DNA of 64,000 nucleotides. Source: Nemertoderma westbladi. Its lineage: Eukaryota > Animalia > Xenacoelomorpha. The position numbers and the translations under genes are program-made. The stretch spans positions 1 to 64,000 of the forward strand of contig JAUCBJ010006798.1 of assembly GCA_032718475.1 (NCBI GenBank), given 5' to 3'. This document shows, piece by piece, positions 25,408 through 36,465 of the stretch (positions are counted from its first letter, which is position 1; every line of letters begins with the position of its first letter). The notes below the pieces were generated by a model. The model was not told the origin of the DNA. It ran no database searches and saw only the letters and a list, made by a program, of their open reading frames with translations.

Positions 25408-26623
25408 TGTTCGCGCTTTCAGACCTTTGGCAGTTTAACCCGCCAAATTAAGATGTCTTCTAGATATTAAATCGCTTTTTAGCCTATGACAAGTATTTGA
25501 TTCACTACACTAGTCGAAACCAATCCGTGCGCGACCATTCACCCGCTGGATATTCCCGGGAGATTGGGTTCGACGGTTTAATTTTGTTGCTATGTAAGCC
25601 TAATGTATTATTCGACTGACAGTATTATATAATCTCTGACAATATTATTTACCTTCGGGAATATTAACAGTTCCTTTAGGACGTGGCGCTTTATCTACAT
25701 AAACAGAGTTATGACTTAAACTACTCACAACGATATGGCTTAATTATAATTCACATATATGGCGCATTCTTTAGGAATGCTTCTTTAACAGACTCACTCA
25801 TACACAATGCTGCACAATACTGCACACTAATCTGCCGATCTTCACTGATTTTAGTCACATATAAAAGAAACACAGACTGACTCATGTAGGGTCTATCAAA
25901 TAACATTAGATTCACTTCAAACCACCTTAACATAAGTCACAATCGTTTATCTGTAACCCTTCTCTCTTACCTTCGGTATATCAAGAATATTGGGTTTCGG
26001 GGTTATTTATCGTTATTCCAAATATAATAATTCATCAACCATGTTATGAAGAACTGACAGTAAATAGCAGTATAACAATATAAAAGTATGCACAGTATTA
26101 CACAGTATGCAGTGTATGCAGTACTGCAGTATGCAGTGATTACGAAATTGCAGAGTGTTTGTTTCGTCAGTTAAAAGATATATGTCCTTGTAATTAAACC
26201 TACTAGTGTTGAGCTAAAAAGCAGAAAGCACAAAACACTAAAAAGCCGTTCTTTCGTGGCTTTGAAAAACTCGTGACTACTGCTCTATACGAGGATACCA
26301 ACTCCCTTATTCCACGAAGCTCCCGTTCAACACAGAGAAAGAGCAGTGAGATAGGAAATTTTCAGTTCAGTACTCTGTGATTGGTCAAAATCAAGGCTAA
26401 CTCAAAATTCTATTGGGAGATACAAAAACAAGGCTATGACGCAACCTCCCTAGGCTTGTTGGCCGATTAAACAGAGCCCAGATGCCTGCGTACAGCAAAT
26501 CAGCCAATAAGCTGGTAACTTGCACTATTTTTAGCTGTAGATCACTTTGAGAGTATTCTTAGCGACTGGGGGGGAACTGGCCAACAAGGCAAACGAATCA
26601 GTTATCCCACAAAAGCTTTTACA
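25408..26623 (-). repeat. 5' LTR of element C
   Basis: Copy of 15873-17088; CCAAT-like boxes around 26380-26510. Confidence 0.95.
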
Positions 26624-27547
26624 ACAGGAGACTACAAATCTCCACCCAATATTGGTAAATAGATGTGGGACCTTGATTGGCATTGGGATTTATTCATTTC
26701 GTATTTTCTTTTACTAACCACAGCAATTAATTTAACTGTGTGTTTCCTATTTTTTACTATTCCGCTGGAGTTTCTGACAAATATATATATATATTTTTTT
26801 CCATTCAAATTTTAACATTGAAACATAATTTCCTGGAATACCTTAATCATAATACTATAAATACTTACATTCATTACTATTTATATATGTTGCAGTTTGA
26901 GTCACGCACTAGCTATGCTATGTGCCTTAAACTGTAGATATACTGAGCTACATAAATATTAGTTTATTTGTGCAGTAGGCCCATACACCATTATATTCTG
27001 TAATGTCTGTTATGTAAATTAAATTAAATGAATTAAATGAATTAAATGAATAAATGAATAAATGAATTGGCCGCCACATAGACCTACTGTATTTTAGTTA
27101 TTTGTATTTGTATTACTGTATGTGCATTTGTAATCCTCTTCACTGTAGATAGAGACAGCGGTGGAATTCCATTGTCTTTATACGTGAACATGGAGGGTAG
27201 TACCCTTATGTATCACATAGGAGCGGGATTGTGTGTACAGTAGGAATGGAATTCCACTTGGAACCCACAAGTGAGACATTTTTTCAAAAATTATTAGACA
27301 AATCCATTTATTTGGATTAAAATTTAAGAAAAACGATTCTCCAGTGAAAGCAAATTCTAGAATACAGCTAGATAATAATTAAAATTGGGGAGGACAAGAG
27401 CGGATGGAAGGCTTGCGAGCCTACCGATAAATTTTTTTTGGAAAAGAAAATCGGCCTTGTTCTACGTAGTCGTGTCTACTATTATTTAGACCAATTAATT
27501 CTCGACTGCACTATTTTCTTGGGAAATGTAGCATGGGAAATTAAAAG

Positions 27548-27745
27548 GTGAGTATTTTAGACTCGCGGCTAGTTTACCCGGAATTCGTTTTTTTATTGGC
27601 ACATTTTTTGGATTAGGAGCCAGTGCGAAATCACGCGAACCCGAAATCATTAGGCAAATGGGTTGGGGTTTAGAGCAGAGTTGAGCCAAAAGCCGACAAA
27701 CTCTAAGTCACCTCACATCTAACCTCTATTTTGTGCTTCATCTAG
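27548..27745 (+). other. Predicted 198-nt intron in the leader of the accessory ORF of B
   Basis: AAAAG|GTGAGT donor, CATCTAAC branch site, pyrimidine tract, TAG acceptor 42 nt before the ATG; same signals and spacing in E. Confidence 0.65.
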
Positions 27746-27787
27746 TAGAAACGTAACGATATGTAACCACATATATATTCGTATACG

Positions 27788-30700
27788 ATGGAGAAGATGT
27801 ATAAAGAGTTACGTCAAGGGTTTACGCAAGAACAAGAGCACCAGGCGCCATTCAATCGTTATGGAGCTAAAAACTTTAGTGTGTTTGGAGTGGAGAGTAT
27901 GGCTAGGAGTACGGCCATGCTCGCTAAATCCAAGGCGGACCCGAATGTTACGCGACAGCGGTTGGACGCATACAACAAAAGAACGGAGGAATTACGCGTG
28001 GAGTTCAATGCGTTATATCCCTACGATGCGTTATGCGACGCTAGCGACATTTGCGAGGATCCAGACACCGAAATATGCCGATTGTATCATACGCTGCAAT
28101 ATTTGACAGTAAACGAACCCTTACCTGCAGCTAGAGACGAATTTGAAGGAATGCATCTTTATAGACGCGCTCAAGGAGCGGATCCAGAGACCAAGGACGC
28201 GTTCTCCATATACAAACTGTTTTATAAATGTGGAGCGTGTATGCGCGAGCAAGACAACGCGATTCCTATGCGGTTGAACTCGGAGAACCCCGAGCCGATA
28301 TTAGCGCGATGTTCACACCACCAAAGTCTACGTTACCAAGAAGGCGGATACCCTTTGACAAATCCGTATCATTCGTTTAAAATGAGTGGACCGAACGCGG
28401 GTGAGATCGTTATTTACGAACCCAAATTAGTCGAACCAGACGTCTACAGCATGGTAGTGGACGAGTCTAATAAGTCGACACAAGAGAAACGGGAAGCTTT
28501 GAGCCTCTACAGGGCGTACAAGGCGTACGAGAAAGGCGAGATCGAGGAGTTCGGTGGAAGGCTCGCGAGCCTACCATTCTATTGGATATCCCACGATCAA
28601 ACCGAACCCAAGGAGATGACACCCGAGCTCTTCGATAGTATCACCTTTGCTCAGCGTTTGTCGCAGAGACTACAGATACCTCATGTCGAGATGACGCGAG
28701 AACCTCAGCCCCATTCTACTGGAGCGATAGTACCGGTTGCGAGACCAACTAGTTTTCCTATTAGTATACCAACCTGGAAGGAGACAACTTACGAGATCCC
28801 TATAGTTGAACACCCGGAGATCATCTCGAACCTGGATTTCCTCCCATCGGTTACCTTTGGTGATGTGTTAGAGTCAGCCGAGTTGCGTAAAGTAATAGTT
28901 CAAAAAATCGTACGCAACGTGCCTCCACATATTATGGACTTTAAGGAAGTGGATCGCGCGGGGACGGATATCGCACCTTGTATCTTGCGAGGATATCTGA
29001 CGAAGACGATTCGATTATGGATCGGAGTTGGAACGTTTGAGACCGACACCGATATCGCGACCAATTGGACCGGTAAACCTATTAGTTTCGATGATGAAAA
29101 GTCGATTGGGAGAATTTGGAACCCTACCGACGATTTACTCGACGATTGGGACGTGACTAGCCGATCTCTGAAAGAGAATGGTTATATGTTTTACGATAAT
29201 GAAGGAGGAAGCCATCAGCAAAGCCTCACTTCAAAGACTATACAGATTAGACCACCAGATGGCGTGTTACATGTCTTCAGCCGACAGAGGAGTGATAGGA
29301 AGATGCCTATGCCGGAAGGAACGACGCAAAGACACGCGATGATAAAACGGATAGTTAAATCCATGGACCTGGCTTGTAGCATAGAAGCTAGGATGTTGCC
29401 AAAGGCCGTGCGAGACGTTGTGTTGGACAAGAGCATCGTCAAGATCAGATCCGGTGTACGGGATGACCTTATTAGCGATTTTGCAGGGATGCCCACGGAA
29501 GAGGACCAATTGCCTACGCCATACGTGGATACTAGACCATTGTTGCTTTGGGCTATTGAGCAAGGATATTTTAGGGAGTATAACACGCTAAAAACTGGGA
29601 CGGGTTATATCTCATATCTAATGTTCAGTTGGGATTACAAGGAGAGTAAGAGGAACAAATACATGGACGTATACAGAGAGGGAGATACCCCCGGCGTAAA
29701 CGAGTTCGAGTCACAGTTGAAGTGACGAGGTTGTGTGTATTGGGCGATTACTTCACCTCCGCGGATAATCTTGCAATACTATTTAGCGATAGAATCTTCG
29801 GTTAACGTTTGTTTCATCGCGGACGTAGTATCCAGAACCCTAAAGCGACACCCGTTATGTCTTGGCGAAGGACATACCTTTTACGATGGAGGAAGGACGC
29901 ATACTGATGTATTCCGACGATTTCTCCAACCCTTTTATAACACTGCTGCGCACTGCGAAGTTTTCAAGCGAGCGGGACTTAGCATTTTCAGGGACGTCTA
30001 TCTCTCTCACGCGGCAAGTCTAGTCGACAGACCGTCGATGTTAACGTTAGTACCCTATGACGGGGAACGCCACGTGGAATTCGAACGCCCGGAAGGATCC
30101 TGGAAGGCTCGCGAGCCTACCGCCCATCACGACGATGTGGATCCGACCGAGTTGGCGCTAATAGACGAACCGTTACAGCAACTCATAGAGATAGGGGAGA
30201 ACCTTCCGAGGAAGACGCGAACTGAGATACGCGAGTTGGAGAAAAGCGATGCCATGGTTTGTGTACAACCTACGGAGACGAACATACCGACTGACCCGGA
30301 TGATGAGAATTATCACGTGGACGGTAGCGCTTGCCCCATCGGAGATCTCATCTATGAGCGAGTTTGGTATCCTGCCAACACTATTTGTGGCAGATGCGGA
30401 GCAACTGGCCATCGCAGTGCGGAGCGAAGCACATATCTCTACCGGATTTAGTATGCAACTGGTGCGGGGATCAGCGTTCGCACACTTTCTACACTTGCTG
30501 GCGTTTCGTGGCGCAGTGTACTTATTGTAATATTAAGGGCCATAGGGCATCCGAATGTCAACTTAGAGACGTCCCCTATGAGCACATGTCAGTTAAAATC
30601 GTTCGACAATTATTCGACCATTGGGAGGATCTAGCAGACGAGCATGTATCGACGCAGCGACGCCGCTTCCCTATGAGAGCACATTTGGGATTTTGGGCCG

Positions 30701-31533
30701 TAAACCCTCTCATAATGTCAAAGGAAGGATATGTATCGGCTATGCCTCAGTATGATGAATTGTTGGAGGTATTGGATATATTGCCGTTGGACAGTGGATT
30801 CAAAGTTGTGCGGGACTATTTCTTACAAGTGCACCCCGACAACAAGAATACTTGGAACTTTCAAACTGTGGTGAACAAGATTACCGCCGGAGAATTCGAT
30901 AAACTGCGAGTTGAACAGCGGAATCGAGGAGCCTGGCATTCGATAGCTTGGGCATACCGGAGCGCATTTTATCACAAACGCGTAACCTCGTGTATTCTGG
31001 ACGAGACCGACGTTTTGCGTGAGACTGGCTTCAAGGCCACGCCATTAGCAGAAAAGACGCGTCACCCACAGGATGATCAGCAATTTCGTATACTCAAAGC
31101 CCAGAAGGCCGGACAAGAGATAAAGAAGATAGTGAATGTCGCCGAGAGGACGACATCGAAGTCGCAAATCCGGATGACTCGGGGCACGGTTTCCCTTGCT
31201 AGAGAACCACGCGGAGGGACAGGATACGCTTTGACTGAACCCATTAGGATTCAAACGACGTCAGAGAGCGAGGTGTCAACGGACGGAACGGTCCTACCCT
31301 TTCGACTTCCTCCTAGCGTTGTAGAGACTCGATCCGATGTTAAGCCGACAGTTGGAATCGGACGAGGATTTAGAGGATTGAGCGCACGACGGATGTGCAA
31401 AACTCCCGTCGTCCCCTTTCCTAGCGTTTTGGAACCACCGACGACTCGACGCCGAAGTCCGAGCCCAGTTCGACCTCGACCACCCCCCAATCGCACTAGA
31501 GGACGTGGACGAGCCCGCTCAGCGAAGGAATAG
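27788..31533 (+). pseudogene. Accessory ORF of B (~1250 aa if repaired): unknown N-terminal domain, DEDD/DnaQ-like 3'-5' exonuclease, three CCHC knuckles, basic tail; in-frame TGA at 29723 and a frameshift near 30425
   Basis: FYDNEGG..IQI..LHVF..LPKAVRDVVLDKSIVK..GVRDDL..YVDT..YW..LQYYLAIES follows the WRN/RNase D exonuclease motif order; CGRCGATGHRS.., CNWCGDQRSHTFYTC, CTYCNIKGHRASEC. Confidence 0.8.
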
Positions 31534-31569
31534 GAAGCGAGGAGAAGGAAGGCTTGCGAGCCTACCGAT

Positions 31570-31640
31570 TTGGATATTATATTTGGATATTATATTTGGA
31601 TATTATATTTGGATATTATATTTGGATATTTATATTGGAC
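31570..31640 (+). repeat. 14-bp tandem repeat (TGGATATTATATTT, ~5 copies)
   Basis: Visible period 14 right after the accessory ORF. Confidence 0.85.
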
Positions 31641-32184
31641 ATTATGTTTGAATGTTGGGTTTGGAGGAGCGAGATATGGAAAGGAAGGCTTGCGAGCCTA
31701 CCGTTAGCAATTGGTGCTCAGGAGAAGATATCCAGACCAGCAGGACGAACTTTTAAGATCGTCAGGAGGACTCTTTAAGACTCATTTTAAAGTTATTAGC
31801 GCATTGTGTTTATATTATATTTGAACTGATTTAATTTGGTGGAAGTTTATTATGTATATTTACAATATGTAAAGATTTATCGAAAGAGATTTGAAATTAT
31901 TTGTTTGATTTATTCTAATTTGTTTTGATTCTAATTTGTTTAATTTGCTTACCTTGATAACCGAAAGCCTTTTTTGTATTTTAGGCACTAAAGTTAATTA
32001 GTAAATTTGTATTTGTATGTACGATCGATTGTATTTACGCCGTATCTGCAATATTAAGTATGCAATAATTAGATAGTGATTATATTTTATATTTTAGGCC
32101 CCACCAGTAGATTTAGAAGTAGTTTGTAAATATTTTATATTTCGATTGGTGAAAACAGTCTTACTTACTGTTTTCATGGAGCGG

Positions 32185-34460
32185 TGATGAATTATTTCAC
32201 TATAAGATAGCATTTGTAGTTTAACTTTAACGTAAAAACTTTCGAAAATCCGACGCATTTTGATTAAGTTACAGTAATGTAATATGCCTATTCATATTTG
32301 TACACATAAATCCCTTAGGTACTCTCGTGGCGTAGTGGTCAGATGGTTAAGGCGTTGGTTACATTACATAGGTTACGAGTTCGAATCCCAGTCGGGAAAT
32401 TTGTATTTTGGGGCCATTTATTTTCATTTGGTGCAAATTGGTGGACCAATGAGAAGCGTACAACGTAGCGAAAGATGAGCCAGGCCAATCATAGGGCATA
32501 AAATATCTTATTGCTCAAATGTGAGGCTATGGAAAATTCTGTTAGGATTCCATGTCCCAGATTAGTGTAAGGGCCGGATTGCGTTGAACGATGAGCTGGG
32601 CCAATCATAGGGCATAAAGCACTTTATTGCTCAAATGTGAAGCTGTGGAAAATTCTGTTTGGTTTCCATGTGCGATATTTAGTATAAAAAGGCCGGTTTG
32701 CCTTCGGTTATCACCCCCTTATAACACCACTTCTTAGATCTACCTTATACTTCTAAATTGTTGTTAGTTTATTTGGTTTCTTGTTGAAACTTTGTTAATC
32801 TGTTTGATAAATCCTTTGTAAAACTGTAAATATACTGCAAATTCCTGAACATGTTTTCTTTTGGTCCAACTTCGGGACAGCCAAACATCGGGAAGATGGC
32901 AGCCTAGACCGTTAGGCCGTCAGCAACGCAGGGGAAAGATGTCCACAACACGCTAGCGCCCACATTGGATTTGACCGCGCACCCCCTTTGCCCTTCGAAA
33001 TACTCCACTTGCCATGCAGCGCCCGCTTTGTGAGAAAGGTAAGACTTTGTTCGACGCCCTTGCCCGCCGTAAGACCTATAGATCAGGGTAAGCGTGACGC
33101 CGTCCTGGACGCCGCAAATTTTAGGATCAAATAATTATATTTTAGACAGGACCCCCCCCCCCCCCCCCCCCCCCCCCTTGTCAAATCCTACGAACCCCTG
33201 GGTTAACCTGTACTTCCTACAGGTGCGAACTATTGCCATTCGTCAGTACGCGAGTACATAGGTACGGACAGCATATGTTCCATAATTTAGTGATTCGTAG
33301 TACTGACTGTTTGGTACCGGTTCGCTTTGTAGAACGTACATTAGTACCCCCCCCCCCCCCCCCCCCCCCCCCTGTCTGGAGTTAGCTATTTGATCAGGCA
33401 AGGAGTATTTCTGCTACCGGCACACTGCTTGGCCTAGGGAGGTTTATTTATATCCTACCGCGCCTTGCCACGTACTGATAGGTATTGCTGCTAACTACCG
33501 CGGCAACAAAGTTCTAGAATTAAATTTGTATACCAGATCAGCTAACGTACGGTAGCGATTAACCCCTATTTCTTATCTTACAACCAGAATCTGGTATTAG
33601 TGCCGATTGACGTCATTTGTGAGTATAAAAGTTCTACAAAACGCGACTAGTTTATTTTAGTAGCTAGCGCACGGTATCATTTCGGTCAGAAAATCACTAA
33701 AACCTAGTAAAAGAAATACACGAAATTGTTTTATTTGTAACACACCCACACACACACGCCCTAAAACATATTCGCCCTTAGAGTTCTACTAGCTATAGCG
33801 CACTATACATTATTTTAGGTAGAAATTATCTGTATTTGTAAATTAGGATCTGATATTTAGTTGCGGCAAGAGAGAGTATTTCATTTCGTTATTAAACTGT
33901 TGGTTCCTGTTCAGCAGTATTGTTACATTTAGGCTTGACCCTTTAGACTGATTTCGTACAGGGGGATCAGTTATTGTTACATTTAGGCACGACCCTTTTT
34001 CGACTGATTTAGGATTGAATCAGTGTTGTTACGCTAGGTCTGTTAACCCACTAGCTCGTATATAAACCATATAAATCACACCGCGGCAAGTTACTGTATT
34101 TAGGACTGTCAGTGATAGTTAGGATTCGCTGCGCGGGGATTGTTTTCCCGTGAGTTTGGTCTGTTACTGTAACTGTACATCTGCCTCACCGGTTAGAGGA
34201 CAGGTATCCTTTTGTCTAGTACGTAGGCATTAGACCCGCTCACGTACATAGAATAGATACTAGGCTCTGTTCCTCGCCAGTAGTCGTTTGTGTATTGTAT
34301 CTGTTTGTTTAGATATCCTGGACTGGGATTTGTTGTCAGATACTGTACGAGCCCGTATACATTACTAGAGTCTCATAGTAAGATACATCGTTACTAGGAT
34401 CTGGTAAGCGGTATACTACTGGACCTTACAGTTTCGATGTTTGTTTACGCTGGTTTTTCA
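32185..34460 (+). repeat. Probable 3' LTR of B (~2.3 kb); right boundary inferred
   Basis: Follows PPT GGAGCGG (same as in C and E); CCAAT boxes in a duplicated ~118-bp unit; TATAAAA near 32683; ends TTTTTCA; length similar to the E LTR. Partner LTR not in the window. Confidence 0.6.
32323..32397 (+). other. tRNA-like (Pol III A-box/B-box) segment inside the LTR of B; SINE head or tRNA pseudogene
   Basis: TGGCGTAGTGG A box and GAGTTCGAATCCC B box at tRNA-like spacing; cloverleaf not intact. Confidence 0.55.
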
Positions 34461-34945
34461 TTTATTGGTGTTCCTCTTCGATTCCCCGCCTCTAAATTTA
34501 CAACTAATATTAAAGCTCTAAGATGCTACCTAAAGTAAAATTAGGATATCCAAAGCATAATAATTTTATTTTGTTACTTATTAGGCCAATTTTAAAGTAA
34601 CGTATACAAATGTATACGAAAGGAAGGAAAGGGATAAATTATAAAAGTTAAATACAATATTTATTTTAAAAAATTTCCAGAAAATTTTTGCAACTGAACG
34701 GTAAAAACCAACTATTTTTCACATGTGCGATCGTACACTTTCGTACGAGCCAACAGCTAACATCAAATAATAATAATAATATATATAATATTAATGTATA
34801 TATATTCAAGATAAATGGTCTAAGTATTGTTTTATCTTGACTAAAACTCAGATTTTATCAGCTAACTCATCTAACAATACAATCCAATAATTTATTCAGC
34901 CAACCTTCTTTACCTAACCCATCAACCCTCACTTATACGTAAACT

Positions 34946-35595
34946 TTATTGTATAAATTTGGACCAACCTTGAATCAGTATTTTCATTTCAACCATTTGA
35001 ACTGGGTTAATCCCGGATAGGCTATTCCATCTAGGTCCTTTATTATCTAACGCTCCGTATAATCCATTAAGATTGGAATGATGGCAATTGTTGTACCACC
35101 ACGCCCCGTTATACTCCTGAGCGCAGTTCTTTTGTAACTCCATATCTAAATCGTTGTCATATGTTGTAAACGCCATTCCATTGTGGACTTGTTTTGGAGA
35201 ATTATCGTTGGTCAGCGAATCGCCGGCAGTAGAATCCTGGTCATTGTATCCTGATATCTTTAGCTCATAGTTGGTGGCAGCAGATAGAACTTCAAAGGAT
35301 GAATATTCTGCATAACTCACAATATTATTGTAGCAAAGTCCTACTCTCAGTTGAACTCCTCCCTGCTGGGTGAGCTGGTGAATATTTTCGAGGCCAAGCC
35401 AAAACTCGTTGTTTATGTCTCCGAACCCAGTTACGTATTCATCCCAATTTCTATAGAAATCAACAATCCCATTCATTCTTCGTTGAATGACGATCCATTG
35501 ATCTCCTTGTTGATCGTCGTAACGAAGATAACCGTTGAGACTGTTTACAGTGGCAGGAAGAACTTCTCCATTAGATTGTAACTCCGCGCATGTTA
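34946..35595 (-). CDS. Host exon encoding a fibrinogen C-terminal (FReD) domain; terminal exon
   Basis: WIVIQRR..G.VDFYRNW..Y..GFG...EFWLGLE, AGDSL, F.TYDND, GAWWYNNCHHSNLNG; phase-1 acceptor TTTTCATATAG; no stops. Confidence 0.92.
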
Positions 35596-36465
35596 CTATA
35601 TGAAAAGAGGTAACGATGAAATATAAAATAATGAAACATTATGAAATAATTATTAAGAAATTCAAACAATTTATACAATCTATGGATGTTAAAACATATA
35701 AACATTATAAAATAATATTTTATATTAGACGACACTACAGACTTGTAACTAATGATTAATTGTAATAAGAAAATGTTAACTGATACTTTCTTTTTAACTG
35801 TATTAAAATTTGGAACACGTTGCCTAATAAAATAAAAAACCTCGATATTCGCCCTTTTTTTTATTTTTTTAGGATAATTTATTGAACATTAAATAATAAT
35901 ATAAATAATATATTACTATCACAATATATTATATAAAGTTTTAATAAACGATTCAATATTGATACTAAATCTCTATTTTAAATACTCTATTTCCTTGGAA
36001 ACGGGACATCAACCAATAGGATTGCAGGCGGGTTGCGGGGGGGGGGGGGGGTGGAGGGGGGGGGGGGGATTCTACCACCACTACATTGGCAAGAAAGGCT
36101 GTCGTCTACACCATTAGCAGTCACTGTTGCTCCAAACCTAAATACTGTCAGGTATTCGATTCAAATACTGTCAGCTCTTGAAAGTGTCTTAATGTGTAAG
36201 TAATGTTACAATTTTGGAATAAAACTACCTACATGCTTGTTGCAAAGTACTTTACAGTGTTCTGATCCTCGTGGCTTTATTTTCACTCACTCACTAACGT
36301 TCGTTCGTGTAACAAAGCAATCGGATCATCACACTGTAAAGTGCTGGTTCGATCTCTAGATATGGTAGAAGTATTTGGGAACAGTGCTTTTTTTAAATGC
36401 TGCATGCTAGACCAACCCTGGCTTTAATCCTTCACTGGTCGGTAAATGGGAACCAAGGCAACTTG

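Larger units (their letters stand above)
15873..26623 (-). mobile_element. BEL/Pao element C, internally deleted (Gag and protease retained; RT and IN core missing)
   Basis: 1216-bp LTRs 15873-17088 and 25408-26623, one difference noticed; TSD ACAGG at 15868-15872 and 26624-26628; PPT GGGAGCGG on the minus strand. Confidence 0.95.
11270..34460 (+). mobile_element. BEL/Pao LTR retrotransposon B (3' part: end of RT, RNase H, IN, accessory exonuclease ORF, 3' LTR); hosts A, C and a 1.18-kb insert
   Basis: Pol fragments 11270-15872 rejoin 26629-26662 across C (EETRNETG|DYKSPPNIGK*, matching EETRNETGDYNLSP in E); PPT GGAGCGG then TG at 32185. Confidence 0.85.

Noticed and set aside
27010-27070. 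(ATAAATGA)n-like tract as a separate feature
   Set aside because: Could be a LINE tail inserted in the pol-ORF3 spacer of B, but no boundaries or TSD could be defined.
27788-31533. env gene or independent host gene
   Set aside because: No signal peptide or TM segment is evident, and it occupies the same position inside two LTR elements.
32323-32397. Functional tRNA gene
   Set aside because: D-arm region looks duplicated, and acceptor and anticodon stems do not pair well.
33152-33372. Poly-C tracts as functional elements
   Set aside because: Homopolymer G/C runs occur throughout the window and their lengths are unreliable; no specific support.
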